Origin: Myxococcales bacterium | GTDB taxonomy: Bacteria; Myxococcota_A; UBA9042 | DNA length: 57,329 nt | Reading direction: 5' to 3' | NCBI GenBank assembly: GCA_037441385.1 | Contig: JBBISH010000028.1 | Span: 1 to 57,329 of the forward strand | Made by a program: the position numbers and the translations under genes | Part shown: in pieces, positions 18,042 through 28,454 of the stretch | Position numbering within the stretch: the stretch's first letter is position 1 | How the letters are laid out: every line of letters starts with the position of its first letter | The notes under the pieces: generated by a model | Databases searched by the model: none | Told to the model about the DNA's origin: nothing | What the model saw: the letters and a program-made list of their open reading frames with translations, nothing else

Positions 18042-19874
18042 TCAGGTCAAAACCGCCGTCGGCGACAGGCTGAAATGGCTGATGGCCCGTTCGCGGTCGA
18101 TGATGGCCTGGACCTCGGGCGCTGTAGTGGCGTGGAGCACGTCGATCATCTCTTCGGACTCCCAGCTGTAGAAAAGCGGGGCCATGGCGCCGTGGGCGAT
18201 GCTGACGTCGCCGCGGGCGATGGCGCGCGAGGCTGGGCCCAGGGCAAAGCCGCCCGTCTCGTGCTGCAGGCGCGGTTCGGCCTGCAGATCGCGGACCAGC
18301 GCTTCAAAGCGGCCTTGCACCTCGGGCTGGCGAAAGCGGTAGCGGTAGCGCGCCGAATAGGCCACATGGAACCACGCCGGCCGCAGCACCACCCCGGCGA
18401 GCCCCAGGCGCTCGGCAGTCCGGGCGAGCAGCACGCCGGCCTCGCGCGCCAAACCGAGCCCCGGCACCGTCTGCCCCGGCAGCGGCGGGCGCCCCGCCGA
18501 CCACGAGCCCTTGGGGTGGCGCAGCTCTAGCCAGTGGACGAACAGCACCTCGCCATCCGCCTCGCGGCGCCGCTCCAGGGCCAAGTCGACCAGCACGTGT
18601 ACCGCGGAGTCGCCCTGGAATTTGCCGACGACGCGCATGTGGTCGGCGGGCTGCGCCTCGCGGATCTCGATGTGCAGACCGCGGTAGCCCAAGCGCTGCA
18701 AGTGCTGCAGGATGCCGAGTTTGTAGTAGATGTACTCGATCGACTCGGCGGTGTAGTGGCCCAAAAGGCGCGGCGGTGCGTGGCTGCGCATGCCCAGCTC
18801 GGCCTCGACGTCGCTCATGTCGAGCTGCCACTCGCCGGGCTTTTCCAGCTCCAGACCGCGCGCGACGAGGGCAAAGTGGCGGCTCAGCGGATCGGCGCGC
18901 GACGGCACCTGCAGCGGCACCCCCAGCAGCGCCAGCGCCGCGTTCGCCACCAGCTGCCAGCAGTGGTCTTGATAGCCTCCGCCCGGCAGCCACACACTCG
19001 GCGCCTTTCCCAGCGCCTGCACCACCTTGCGATCGCGACGCTGCACGCCCGCCACGCTGAGCGCCAGGCGGCCGAGCGGATCGCCTTGCAGGACGTCGCC
19101 GCCCGCCAGCACCAGCCACAGCTGGCACTCTGGCCGCCGCGCCAACAACGCGTCCAAGGTGCGCAGGTAGCCCTCGTCGCCGGTGCCCGCCGGCAGCACG
19201 GTCTCGTCCACGCCAGGCAATGGCCCCCAATCCGAGCCGGAGATCGAACCAATCCAGGCCGTGTCGTTTGCCGCCGGGCCCACGCGTTCGCCCAGATGCA
19301 ACAGGACCGCCCGCGTCCCGTCCGGCGGATGAGCGTCGAGATCCAGAATACCGACGCGGCCTTGAAAGCCGTCGGCCCGCAGTTGCGCGACCGCCAAACC
19401 CAGGTCCGACACCACGCACAGCCCGCCGCCTTTGTCGGGAAAAGCGTGGTGGAAACCGCCGGCCAGGTTGAGCACGGGCACGCGCTCGTTCAGGGCCACC
19501 CGCGCCGCGAGCACCGTGCCGCCGCAAATCCGCCGCAGCGACGCCATCACCGAGTCGACGTCGATGTCCCATGCCTCCACGCTCAGCGCGCGTGCCAACG
19601 GCTCGGGGCGGCCCAAGTCTTCGAGCCACTGGGCGGTATGGACCACCTCTAGCTCTTGGTAGCTGATCCGCGGCGGCTTCAGCACGTCTTCTTCGCGCAG
19701 CCAGTCGCCATCGCGCAGGTACCACAGCGCCAGGTCGGGCCGGCGCGGATCAAAGCCCGTGGTGCGCTGCAGGCTGGTCAGCGGCAGGCGGTAGGCTTCG
19801 TCGTACACCAGCCGCAGCGGGTTGCGGGGTGCCATCCGGGCCAGTTTGCGCAGCAGTCGCCGGGTCCAGGCCAT
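18042..19874 (-). CDS. histone deacetylase/AcuC-family amidohydrolase with an additional C-terminal domain
   Basis: GGFHHA, GLC, DLDAH..DG, GGDVLQGDPLG and GGGY motifs, followed by a >200-aa extension. Confidence 0.9.
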   Translation of the reverse strand: MAWTRRLLRKLARMAPRNPLRLVYDEAYRLPLTSLQRTTGFDPRRPDLALWYLRDGDWLREEDVLKPPRISYQELEVVHTAQWLEDLGRPEPLARALSVEAWDIDVDSVMASLRRICGGTVLAARVALNERVPVLNLAGGFHHAFPDKGGGLCVVSDLGLAVAQLRADGFQGRVGILDLDAHPPDGTRAVLLHLGERVGPAANDTAWIGSISGSDWGPLPGVDETVLPAGTGDEGYLRTLDALLARRPECQLWLVLAGGDVLQGDPLGRLALSVAGVQRRDRKVVQALGKAPSVWLPGGGYQDHCWQLVANAALALLGVPLQVPSRADPLSRHFALVARGLELEKPGEWQLDMSDVEAELGMRSHAPPRLLGHYTAESIEYIYYKLGILQHLQRLGYRGLHIEIREAQPADHMRVVGKFQGDSAVHVLVDLALERRREADGEVLFVHWLELRHPKGSWSAGRPPLPGQTVPGLGLAREAGVLLARTAERLGLAGVVLRPAWFHVAYSARYRYRFRQPEVQGRFEALVRDLQAEPRLQHETGGFALGPASRAIARGDVSIAHGAMAPLFYSWESEEMIDVLHATTAPEVQAIIDRERAISHFSLSPTAVLT

Positions 19875-20104
19875 AGGCGGTCACCGCGCCCGCGGTGGGC
19901 GCTGCGGGGGCCAATTTAGCACAGGTTGCGGTGGCGTAGGGGGCGTGGGACGGGGGGAAACTCGTCCAACCTCTTTGGCCACAGCCCAGGTGCCAACGCT
20001 GTTCGAGCTTTCCCGGAACAAGCCCCGCAACTTCAGCTCGCCGGGCCGGGACGCCCAAAATACCTTGGAGAATCAGCAGTAGAAGATGCCCGGCAATCCG
20101 GCTG

Positions 20105-20452
20105 CTAGCCGCGCGCGGCCCGTTCCAAGCGCTCGACCTGCGCCCATTCCACGGCAAACTCGGCCGACGCCAGCAGTCGGAACAGCTGCTGCTCCAGGCC
20201 GGCGTCGCGGCCGTCGCGGCGCTGCTTGAGTGCGCAATACCGGCACAACCAGAAGAAGCGGTTGTAGAAAGCCTGCTCGGCGCCCACCGGCACCAGTTCG
20301 GGCCAGTGTTCGAAGAGCAAAACCCAGGCCAGCGCCTCGCCCAAGTCGTCCTGCGCCAACGCGTCGGCAAGGGCGCCGCTGGCCAGCCGAGTCCGCAACT
20401 CGGGTCGTACAAGCGCCAGCCGGGCCAACGGGACGAGCGGGTCATCGGTCAT
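20105..20452 (-). CDS. hypothetical protein
   Basis: Helical ORF starting MTDDPLVPL, preceded by a promoter-like region and the dispersed motif. Confidence 0.6.
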   Translation of the reverse strand: MTDDPLVPLARLALVRPELRTRLASGALADALAQDDLGEALAWVLLFEHWPELVPVGAEQAFYNRFFWLCRYCALKQRRDGRDAGLEQQLFRLLASAEFAVEWAQVERLERAARG

Positions 20453-20499
20453 GGACGGAATCCTAGCCGATCCTGGCCAGGGCCGGTCAAGCGGAGCCG

Positions 20500-20518
20500 A
20501 TGGGGGGCATTTTCTACC
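20500..20518 (-). repeat. dispersed intergenic motif copy (GGTAGAAAATGCCCCCCAT)
   Basis: Reverse complement matches the copies at 52346 and 55251. Confidence 0.8.
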
Positions 20519-20713
20519 AATGGATCTTGTTGGACTTTGCCAACGGCAACCGAGCCCGCGCCCCCAAAAAGATGTCATACGCACCCCACCTGATTCGCGC
20601 CTGTACGGCTTTTCTGACCCGTTCTGCAACTGGCGAGAATCAGGCGGGGACCCCGGTTCGGGCCCGAAGAATTGCCCGAGTTTTCGATCCGATTCGGACG
20701 GAATTGGTATCGC

Positions 20714-21655
20714 TCACTCCAGCTCGGCCGTCAAAAAGGCTTGCACCTCGCGGTTGAAGCGCAAGGGCTCTTCTTCCATAGGGCAATGGCCGCTGCAATC
20801 GTACAATTCCAGGCGGGCGTCGCCCAGCCGCCGTGCCAGCCGCTGTACGCTGCTGAGCGGGACGATGCGGTCGCCGCGGCCCCACAGCAGTAGCGCCGGC
20901 GCGCGAACTTCGCCAAGCCGATCATCCACTTGTCTTAGGTCCTGATTGAAGTAACGCGCCACCTGCAGCGCGGCCCGCTTGGCCCCCGGCGTCTGCAGCG
21001 GCTGCCAAAAGCTCCCCACCAGCGCGCGATCCACGGGCAGGTTGGCATAGGCGGCGTGGCGCAACCCCAAAGTCAACGCCAGCTTTCCGCCCGGAGCGTA
21101 CATCAGGGGTTCCAGCCACTCGTGTTGCAGCATCGCCGCCAGCGCCATCGGGTAGCGGCCATGGCTGGCGGGATTGACCAAGACCAGCCGCGCCACGCGC
21201 TGCGGTGCCGTCAGCGCGATCTGCAAGGCCAGGGCCCCGCCAAGGGAATTGCCCACCAGATGCGCCCGCTCTATGCCCAACTGGTCCAGCGCCGCCAGCA
21301 CCCGCCCGGCCTGTTCGGCCAGCCGGTACTGCAAATGCCGCGGCTTGTCCGACCAGCCAAACCCCGGCAAGCACACCGCGTGCACGGCAAAATGGCGGGC
21401 CAGCGGCGCCAGGTTGTGGCGCCACGCCCACGACGACTGCAGGTAACCATGCAAAAAGACGATGGACTCAGCCTGCGTCTCGCCCAACGCCCCTGGCAGT
21501 GGCGGCCCCTGCCTGGGCAAGCTGACCACATGCAGCTGGGGCAAGTCGCCCGCGGCGACGAATTGCCCGCACGGGTGCCAGCTCTGGCCCGGCTGCGGCA
21601 CCGGAAAATCAGTTTCCGCGTTGAGACCAGAAAAGAGTCTTTGAATCAGGGACAT
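20714..21655 (-). CDS. alpha/beta-fold hydrolase
   Basis: FLHGY, LPGFGWSD, GNSLGG nucleophile elbow, WGRGD and GHCPMEE. Confidence 0.92.
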   Translation of the reverse strand: MSLIQRLFSGLNAETDFPVPQPGQSWHPCGQFVAAGDLPQLHVVSLPRQGPPLPGALGETQAESIVFLHGYLQSSWAWRHNLAPLARHFAVHAVCLPGFGWSDKPRHLQYRLAEQAGRVLAALDQLGIERAHLVGNSLGGALALQIALTAPQRVARLVLVNPASHGRYPMALAAMLQHEWLEPLMYAPGGKLALTLGLRHAAYANLPVDRALVGSFWQPLQTPGAKRAALQVARYFNQDLRQVDDRLGEVRAPALLLWGRGDRIVPLSSVQRLARRLGDARLELYDCSGHCPMEEEPLRFNREVQAFLTAELE

Positions 21656-22419
21656 GGCGCGGGCGGCAGGCACACGTCGGCGTTGATGCCCGGCAAGGTG
21701 AAGTCAAAGGAACCTTGGACATCCACCCAGATATCGGGCTGCTTGCAGGTCTGGGCGGTGTGTTCTGGGTTGCAGTCGTCCAGGTACGAGCTGTTGTAGT
21801 TGTAGGCGTAGGCGCGACCTTTGAAGGTGCCGGAAAAGCGGCCGTCTTTTTCCGCGGCCCATTGGGTGACCACGATGTCGCCGCTGCCGGCGGACAAGGG
21901 GCACGAGCTGCGGTACATCTGCGTGGCCAAAACTACTTGGATCATCGGTGGTTTGCAGCCCAAGGGGTAGGTGCCGGCAGCGCCCGTATTGACCGGGAAG
22001 CCAGGGCCGGGCACCAAGATGCCAAAGCGCAGCTGCAGGGCCAGCTTGGTCGGCTTCCACTTGCCGTCGGCGCCCTTGACCACTTGATCGGCCTGATCCT
22101 CGATGGCAAACGCCACCGCCGGATAGGTCAGGTGCGAGTTGCCAAAGCTCAGCACGCCCGAGGTCTGGGTCAAATCGCGCTCGACCTGAAAAGTCTGGCC
22201 GGCGAACGTGCCGCCGTGGAACGTGTAACTGGCGGCGTAGTATTGGCTTTTCAGGCTCGTGTCGCTGGTGCTGTCGCTGGCTGTTTTGGCATCGCTGGCC
22301 GGTGTCCCGCCGCTGCTGTCTGGGCTGCTGCAGCCGGCGAGGGCGACCGCGATGAGGGCGGCCACGCGGGCGGGCAGGCTGGGGCGAATGCTTTTGAATC
22401 CCATGCTTTTACTCGCCAT
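21646..22419 (-). CDS. putative lipoprotein
   Basis: VALAGC lipobox, Ser/Asp-rich linker and Cys-containing beta domain. Confidence 0.7.
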   Translation of the reverse strand: MASKSMGFKSIRPSLPARVAALIAVALAGCSSPDSSGGTPASDAKTASDSTSDTSLKSQYYAASYTFHGGTFAGQTFQVERDLTQTSGVLSFGNSHLTYPAVAFAIEDQADQVVKGADGKWKPTKLALQLRFGILVPGPGFPVNTGAAGTYPLGCKPPMIQVVLATQMYRSSCPLSAGSGDIVVTQWAAEKDGRFSGTFKGRAYAYNYNSSYLDDCNPEHTAQTCKQPDIWVDVQGSFDFTLPGINADVCLPPAPCP

Positions 22420-22537
22420 CCGTCGCGACTTCCGCTCTGACCAGTGTGCGCTGTCGCTCCGGCCATTGCAACGGCGCGGCGAAGGTGCGATATGGCAACA
22501 GGGGCTGCTCCATGCCAGCGGCCGACAAGGATCGCAC

Positions 22538-23857
22538 GTGAAGAATTTCGTCTTGGACACCAACGTGCTGTTGCACGACAGCGATTGCCTGCGCTCGTTT
22601 TCAGACAACATGGTCAACGTGCCGATCTACGTGATCGAAGAGCTCGACACCTTCAAGCGTGATCAGAGCGAGTTGGGTCGCAATGCCCGCCGGATTGCGC
22701 GCGAGCTGGATACCTACCGCGATCAAGGCAACCTGCGCGAAGGCGTGCCGATGCCCAACGGCGGCGTGCTGCGGGTGGTGATGGAACGGGCCAATCTGCC
22801 TGGGCATTTCAGCGTGTCGCACACCATGGACGACGCCATCTTGTCGGTGGCGTTGTTTTTGAACAGCGAAGAGCCGCATCGGCCGGTGGTGTTCGTCACC
22901 AAGGACACCAACCTGCGCATCCGCGCCGACGCGCTGGGCCTCCATGCAGAGGATTATGATCGCGAAAACAAAGAGATCGAAGAGCTGTACAACGGCACGG
23001 CCGAGTTGCAGGTCGACTCGTCGGTGATCGACGGCCTGTATGCCGACGGCGGTGTGGACTTGGGCCAACTAGGCGACGCCAGCAAGTCGCTGGTTCCCAA
23101 TCAGTACCTGATGTTGCGGGCCGAGGGGTTGCAGGGCAAGTCGGCCTACGCGCGCGTGGCGGGCGGCCGGGTCGAGCACCTGCGCGCCGGCAAACAAACG
23201 GTGTGGGGCGTGCAACCTCGCAACCGCGAACAGCTTTTTGCCATGGACATGCTGCTGCGCGACGATATCCAGCTGTGCACCCTGGTGGGCAAGGCCGGTA
23301 CGGGCAAGACGCTGTTGGCGTTGGCGGCCGGGCTGCAAGCGGTCGCCGAGCGCGACGCCTATCGCAAGTTGTTGGTTTCGAGACCAATTTTCCCATTTGG
23401 TCGCGACATCGGCTTCTTGCCCGGCGACGTCGAGGCCAAGCTGAGCCCGTGGATGCAGCCGATCCACGACAACATCGACTTCTTGACCACCGGCAACACC
23501 CCCGGCAAGAACGGCAAGGTCTGGAGTTTTGACGAGCTGTCGTCCAGCGGCGTGCTCGAGGTCGAACCGCTGACCTACATCCGCGGCCGCAGCTTGCCCA
23601 GCGTGTACATGATCGTCGACGAAGCGCAGAACCTGACGCCGCTCGAGGTCAAGACCGTGCTGACCCGCGTGGGCCACGGTACCAAGATCATCTTGACCGG
23701 CGACCCGTACCAGATCGACCAGCCGTACCTGGACAGTTTGAACAACGGCCTGACCTATGTGGTCGAGCGGTTCAAGGATCAGGCCATTGCCGCGCACATG
23801 ACCCTGACCAAGGGCGAGCGTTCGCCGCTGGCCGAGCTGGCCGCCAACCTTCTGTAA
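22538..23857 (+). CDS. PIN-domain/PhoH-family ATPase (PhoH2/YlaK type)
   Basis: FVLDTNVLLHD PIN motif, TKDTNLRIRA, GKAGTGKT, YIRGRSL, DEAQN, GDPYQID and ERSPLAELA. Confidence 0.95.
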   Translation: MKNFVLDTNVLLHDSDCLRSFSDNMVNVPIYVIEELDTFKRDQSELGRNARRIARELDTYRDQGNLREGVPMPNGGVLRVVMERANLPGHFSVSHTMDDAILSVALFLNSEEPHRPVVFVTKDTNLRIRADALGLHAEDYDRENKEIEELYNGTAELQVDSSVIDGLYADGGVDLGQLGDASKSLVPNQYLMLRAEGLQGKSAYARVAGGRVEHLRAGKQTVWGVQPRNREQLFAMDMLLRDDIQLCTLVGKAGTGKTLLALAAGLQAVAERDAYRKLLVSRPIFPFGRDIGFLPGDVEAKLSPWMQPIHDNIDFLTTGNTPGKNGKVWSFDELSSSGVLEVEPLTYIRGRSLPSVYMIVDEAQNLTPLEVKTVLTRVGHGTKIILTGDPYQIDQPYLDSLNNGLTYVVERFKDQAIAAHMTLTKGERSPLAELAANLL

Positions 23858-23903
23858 GATCCCCCCAGACCTTCTCTGCACAACCCACGCGAGGCTGATC
23901 CCC

Positions 23904-24617
23904 ATGCGCCGACTTGGTTGGTATTGCTTTGTTCTTGGCTCGACCTTCTTGCTGCAAGCCGCGCCGGTGTTCGCCGGCAAAGGCGGCGGCGCCGTTCACC
24001 CCGTGGCCAAACTGATGGCCGAGGCGGAGTCTGCGCAAGTTCGTGATATCACGGTGCTTGCCGTGGCCGAGCCGTTGGGACGCGAGCATGCGCCCGGCTC
24101 GGCAGCGCTGGTCCGCATCGACGATGGCCGCGACGGCGGGCTGCCCAACTGCTTCTTGCTCGAGTTGGCCGGCAAGCCCGCGGGTCCTGTCAAGATCGAC
24201 GCCAAGTTCCGCCTGTCGGTGTGCCCCTCGGGCCCCGCCAAGGGCGTGCAGTTGGCGCGCCAGGCGATCTCGAATCACCAAGAGGCGTGGCTGGTCCGCT
24301 TGGAACATCTGCGCTACGACAGCAAAGGCCACGGCTCCGAGTCGTCGATCCTGTGGGGGCTGTACGGCCGGCCGCTGGGCGAAAGCGAGCCGCGCGCGGT
24401 GTGGGAGCGCACGTCGACCACCTTCAAGTCGCGCGACGATCCCGGCAACAACGTGGCCGAAGTGTGCGCCAGCCCCGAGATTGCCGCCGGCGGTCAAGAG
24501 CCCAGCACCATCACCATCACCTGCGACACCGAGGTGATGTTGGGCAAGCTGCCCAAGCGCGCCAAGCAGACCTTCACCTCGGTCTGGTCGAGCGATCGCT
24601 ATGTGGCTAAAGATTAG
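23904..24617 (+). CDS. secreted hypothetical protein
   Basis: Signal peptide MRRLGWYCFVLG...VFA; four Cys in the mature part. Confidence 0.7.
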   Translation: MRRLGWYCFVLGSTFLLQAAPVFAGKGGGAVHPVAKLMAEAESAQVRDITVLAVAEPLGREHAPGSAALVRIDDGRDGGLPNCFLLELAGKPAGPVKIDAKFRLSVCPSGPAKGVQLARQAISNHQEAWLVRLEHLRYDSKGHGSESSILWGLYGRPLGESEPRAVWERTSTTFKSRDDPGNNVAEVCASPEIAAGGQEPSTITITCDTEVMLGKLPKRAKQTFTSVWSSDRYVAKD

Positions 24618-24628
24618 AGTTTATTGAT

Positions 24629-25318
24629 CTATCCGGTAAAGGACATGATGCCCGATGGACGGCCGCCCAGCACCAGGTGCGGCAGGCGTTCGATCTCGTC
24701 CAGCACGTAGTCAGCCCCCATACCGTGCACGCCGCGGCTGTGGTCGTTGTTGACCAGCGCGACCCGCACCCCGGCATTGCGCGCCGTCTCCAGGTCGATC
24801 CGCGAGCTGCCGACCATCAGCGTATGCTCCAGGTTGCCGCCGCAGCTCTCCATCAGTTCCAGCAGGCCCGTGGGGTCCGGTTTGCGCGGCAGATCCCCGT
24901 CGCCGGCCAGTATGTAGGCAAAGAACTTGGACATTTCCATCTGCTGCAGCAAACGCAGCGACGGCACCAGCGGCTTGTTGGTCAGCAGGGCCAAGTGGAC
25001 GCCACAGCTGTGCAAACGGCCGAGCGCCTCGGTCGTCCCCGGGTACACGGTGGCGCGCGCGCCCAAGCGGTCTTGGTAGCGGTCGCGGAATTCGTGCAGC
25101 AGTTGGTTGATCTCTAGGTCGGTCGGCACGCTCCCGGTCACCGCCAGCGCGCCCTTGAGGATCGCCCGCAGGTTTTCACCTGGCCACTGGCGCACTTGGT
25201 CTGCGGTCAACGTCGGCCGACCCATCGACCACAGTTGCTCGTTGAGCGCGTCGGCCAGGTCGCCCAAGGTGTCGACCAAGGTGCCGTTCAGATCGAAGAT
25301 GACGACCGAGAAGCGCAT
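24629..25318 (-). CDS. HAD-family hydrolase (phosphoglycolate phosphatase-like) with atypical motifs
   Basis: IFDLNGTLVDT, LTNKP, RKPDP and MVGSSRIDLETARNAG. Confidence 0.85.
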   Translation of the reverse strand: MRFSVVIFDLNGTLVDTLGDLADALNEQLWSMGRPTLTADQVRQWPGENLRAILKGALAVTGSVPTDLEINQLLHEFRDRYQDRLGARATVYPGTTEALGRLHSCGVHLALLTNKPLVPSLRLLQQMEMSKFFAYILAGDGDLPRKPDPTGLLELMESCGGNLEHTLMVGSSRIDLETARNAGVRVALVNNDHSRGVHGMGADYVLDEIERLPHLVLGGRPSGIMSFTG

Positions 25319-25460
25319 CGCGAAGTTGCCGCGGCAGGGAGCCGAACCGGCGGCCAGCCGGCCCACCGCGCGGGCGAGTGTCGCCCATCGCGGGGCGATT
25401 GCCAAGAACTTCCGCAAGCGGTAGCTTCCCCTTGCAGCCCGCCACGCTGCAGGTCCGGCG

Positions 25461-26330
25461 ATGAACCCAGCGGCGCTCCACAACCCGGTAGCCTGGCTCG
25501 TTTGTCTGTTCGCGACTCTGGCGGCTGCGCTCGCCCATGCCGACGCGCCCACCCCGCTCGACGTCAGCGATGACGGCAAGACCATTACGATTCCTGGTGA
25601 GCCGGCTCCGGCCGCCAAGACCCTGCTGCCTCGCCCCACGCTCCACAAAGTGGGGGCCGACAAGCCGGTGGTCGCGCCGGTGGCCAAGTCGGTGGACGAG
25701 CCCGTCGAGCCGGCCAAACCGCTGCCGCCGGCCCGCGCCGCCGTGGAGTTGTCGGTGGGGCAGACTTGGTTGCCCACGGGGCTGATGGCGGCTGTACAAA
25801 CCCTTGTGTCGCCTGCGCAAAGGCGCCGCGATCAGCACCCCGATCTGCAAGCGGTGGCGCTGGACGCCGGCTATCGAATGTCGCTGGGCAGTAGCGCCTG
25901 GGCGGTGTTCCGCGCGGGACTGACGTTGCCCAACGTGCCCGATCAGAACTGGTGGTCCAGCTCGGGCTCGCCGCGGCCGCTGTATACCTCGGTCAGCGTG
26001 GTGGGCATCGACCTGGGCGCCGACTACCTGAAAAAGGTCGACGTGACTTCGTGGCTGGCGTGGACCATCCGCGGTGGCCTGGGCATCGCCTTTGTCGCCG
26101 GCAGTGTCCACCAGATCGAGACCTTGCCGATCTGCACCCAGGCCCAGGCCGCGACCTGCCCGCACTGGCGCACGGTCGGTGGCTCAGACGCGAGCGTGCC
26201 GCCGGTGCTGCCCATGGTGCGGGCCCTCACCGGCTTGCAGTTGCAGATCAGTCGTGATCTGGCGCTGCAGGTCGAAGGCGGCCTCCGCACCGCCCCCTAC
26301 GTGGGCGCCGGGCTGAACTGGTCCCTGTAG
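25461..26330 (+). CDS. secreted/outer-membrane hypothetical protein
   Basis: Signal peptide, Pro-rich linker and beta-strand-like C-terminus. Confidence 0.65.
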   Translation: MNPAALHNPVAWLVCLFATLAAALAHADAPTPLDVSDDGKTITIPGEPAPAAKTLLPRPTLHKVGADKPVVAPVAKSVDEPVEPAKPLPPARAAVELSVGQTWLPTGLMAAVQTLVSPAQRRRDQHPDLQAVALDAGYRMSLGSSAWAVFRAGLTLPNVPDQNWWSSSGSPRPLYTSVSVVGIDLGADYLKKVDVTSWLAWTIRGGLGIAFVAGSVHQIETLPICTQAQAATCPHWRTVGGSDASVPPVLPMVRALTGLQLQISRDLALQVEGGLRTAPYVGAGLNWSL

Positions 26331-26445
26331 GCGCACCACGGCGTGCCGCGGGCGGCAATTGCTTCGAATCGGGGTTGGCCAAAGCCGCGGTTTCGCAGAC
26401 AATGCACAGTGGCGGGGCGCAGGCCGCCGCCGCGCAAGCGAGACG

Positions 26446-28425
26446 ATGCAGCTACTTGCCAAAATCCTGATGAGTTTTGTGCTGATCGGTGCACTCGGCC
26501 TGGCCGCTTGCAGCGACAGCGACGCTCACGGCAGCGATGCCGCCGCGGGCACGGAAGAAGATGGCGAGGGTGGCGATCTGGGGGCCCTGGACGCAGGCGC
26601 CGATGCGACCGGCGACACCCAGGGCGACGGCAGCGGAGACGCGCTGGCCGGGGATGCGAGCGACGGCGCCGGCAAACCCGATGCAAACAGCGATGCAGAC
26701 TCGAACTTGGGCAAGGGCTGCACCACCGACGACGAGTGTGCGCCGCTGGTCAGCGCGCTGTGCCAGGTGGGCAAGTGCCAGCTCAGCACCGGGCTGTGCC
26801 AAGCGGCCGATCTGCCGAACGGCGCCACCTGCAACGACTTGGGCGCCAGCCAGTGCTGGGTCAACCCCACCTGTCAGGCGGGCAAGTGCCAGTATTCGTT
26901 CCGCAGTTGCGACGACAGCAAGGCCTGCACCGAAGATCAGTGCAACCCAGCCAGCGGCTGCAGCAACGTCGGCCTCAAAGCCGGCAACAAGTGCAACGAC
27001 GGCAACGCCTGCACCCTGGTCGCCATCTGCGAAGGCGGCGCCTGCGCCGCCAAATCCAGCCTGGACTGCGACGACAAGAACGCCTGCACCCAAGATCTCT
27101 GCGACGAGAAGCTGGGTTGCGTGCACAAACCGCTGGAGGACGGTGCGGCCTGCAGCGACGGCCTGAAATGCACCGACAACGACGCCTGCCAGAAGGGCGC
27201 CTGCGTGGGCAAGCCCAAGGTCTGCCCCGACGATGGCAACCCCTGCACACTGGTCCAATGCGTCGAAAAGACTGGCGGCACCTGCGAAATCGCGATCGTG
27301 CCGGGCCTGATGTGCGACGACGGCAACCCGTGCACCAAGCCCGACACCTGCAACGCCGTTGGCGTTTGCCAGGGCAGCGTCAACTGCGACGACGGCAATC
27401 CGTGCACCGATGACGGCTGCCCAGAGCCCGCCCAGGGCTGCAAACACGTCAACAACACCATCCCGTGCGGCCCCTTGGACGCGTGCAACGGCGAGGGACA
27501 GTGCAAGAGCGGCTCTTGCGATGCGCCCGCCAAGAACTGCGACGACGGCAACCTGTGCACCGACGACACCTGCGACAAGGCGTCGGGCTGCAAGTCCACG
27601 CCCAATCAAAGCGGCTGCTACGACGGCTCGGTTTGCACCCAGGGCGACACCTGCAGCGGCGGCAGCTGCAAACCCAGCAAGACCTTGAGCTGCGACGACG
27701 GCGACCCCTGCACGGTGGACCAGTGCGACCCGATCCAGGGTTGCGGCAACCCCGTCGCGCCCAGCGGTACGGTGTGCGGGTCGAACAAGACCTGCCTGGT
27801 GGGCTTGTGCCTCGCCGGCAACTGCGGCGATGGCGTCTGCTCGGCCAAAGAAGACTCGTCGACCTGCCCGGCCGACTGCAACCAGCAAGGTGGCGCGTGC
27901 GCGCCTAGCGACACCGCCTGCGTCGCCCAGTGCAAAGGCGCAATGTGTGCAGCACCCCTCAAGAAGTGCAACGACAGCGCCGAGTGCCAGAACCTGACCA
28001 ATTGCCTGGCCTCGGCCAGCGCTGACGACCAGAAGCAGCTGGACTGCCTGACCGGCGGCACCCCGCAGGCGTTGTTTGCCTACCTGGGCTACGACGCGTG
28101 CATGCAGGCGCTGTGTTTGCAGAACTTCTGGTCCGGCAAGGGCTGTACCGGCGGCGGCCAGCAGTACGTGTCGTGCATCGGCGTGTGCGAAAGCAGCATG
28201 TGCAAGCTGCTGACGCTAGGCTGCAAAGTCAGCACCGGCTGCACCGCCATACGCAACTGCATGCAGGCGTGTCCGCAGGACGACAAATTGACGCAGTGCG
28301 TCATTGACTGCAAGAAGAAGGGCAGCGACAACGACGCGCTGCTGAACGCCGAGCTGGACACCTGCAGCGCAGCCTACTGCCAGTGCAGCCCAACGTCGCT
28401 GACCTTCCCCACGTGCGGCTTGTAG
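26446..28425 (+). CDS. Cys-rich repeat lipoprotein (CDDGNPCTxDxC repeats)
   Basis: LAAC lipobox, Asp/Gly/Ala linker, about 11 CxDGNxCT..C units and a Cys-rich helical C-terminus. Confidence 0.88.
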   Translation: MQLLAKILMSFVLIGALGLAACSDSDAHGSDAAAGTEEDGEGGDLGALDAGADATGDTQGDGSGDALAGDASDGAGKPDANSDADSNLGKGCTTDDECAPLVSALCQVGKCQLSTGLCQAADLPNGATCNDLGASQCWVNPTCQAGKCQYSFRSCDDSKACTEDQCNPASGCSNVGLKAGNKCNDGNACTLVAICEGGACAAKSSLDCDDKNACTQDLCDEKLGCVHKPLEDGAACSDGLKCTDNDACQKGACVGKPKVCPDDGNPCTLVQCVEKTGGTCEIAIVPGLMCDDGNPCTKPDTCNAVGVCQGSVNCDDGNPCTDDGCPEPAQGCKHVNNTIPCGPLDACNGEGQCKSGSCDAPAKNCDDGNLCTDDTCDKASGCKSTPNQSGCYDGSVCTQGDTCSGGSCKPSKTLSCDDGDPCTVDQCDPIQGCGNPVAPSGTVCGSNKTCLVGLCLAGNCGDGVCSAKEDSSTCPADCNQQGGACAPSDTACVAQCKGAMCAAPLKKCNDSAECQNLTNCLASASADDQKQLDCLTGGTPQALFAYLGYDACMQALCLQNFWSGKGCTGGGQQYVSCIGVCESSMCKLLTLGCKVSTGCTAIRNCMQACPQDDKLTQCVIDCKKKGSDNDALLNAELDTCSAAYCQCSPTSLTFPTCGL

Positions 28426-28454
28426 CGACCGCCGCGCCCTCTCAAGGTGAGATC

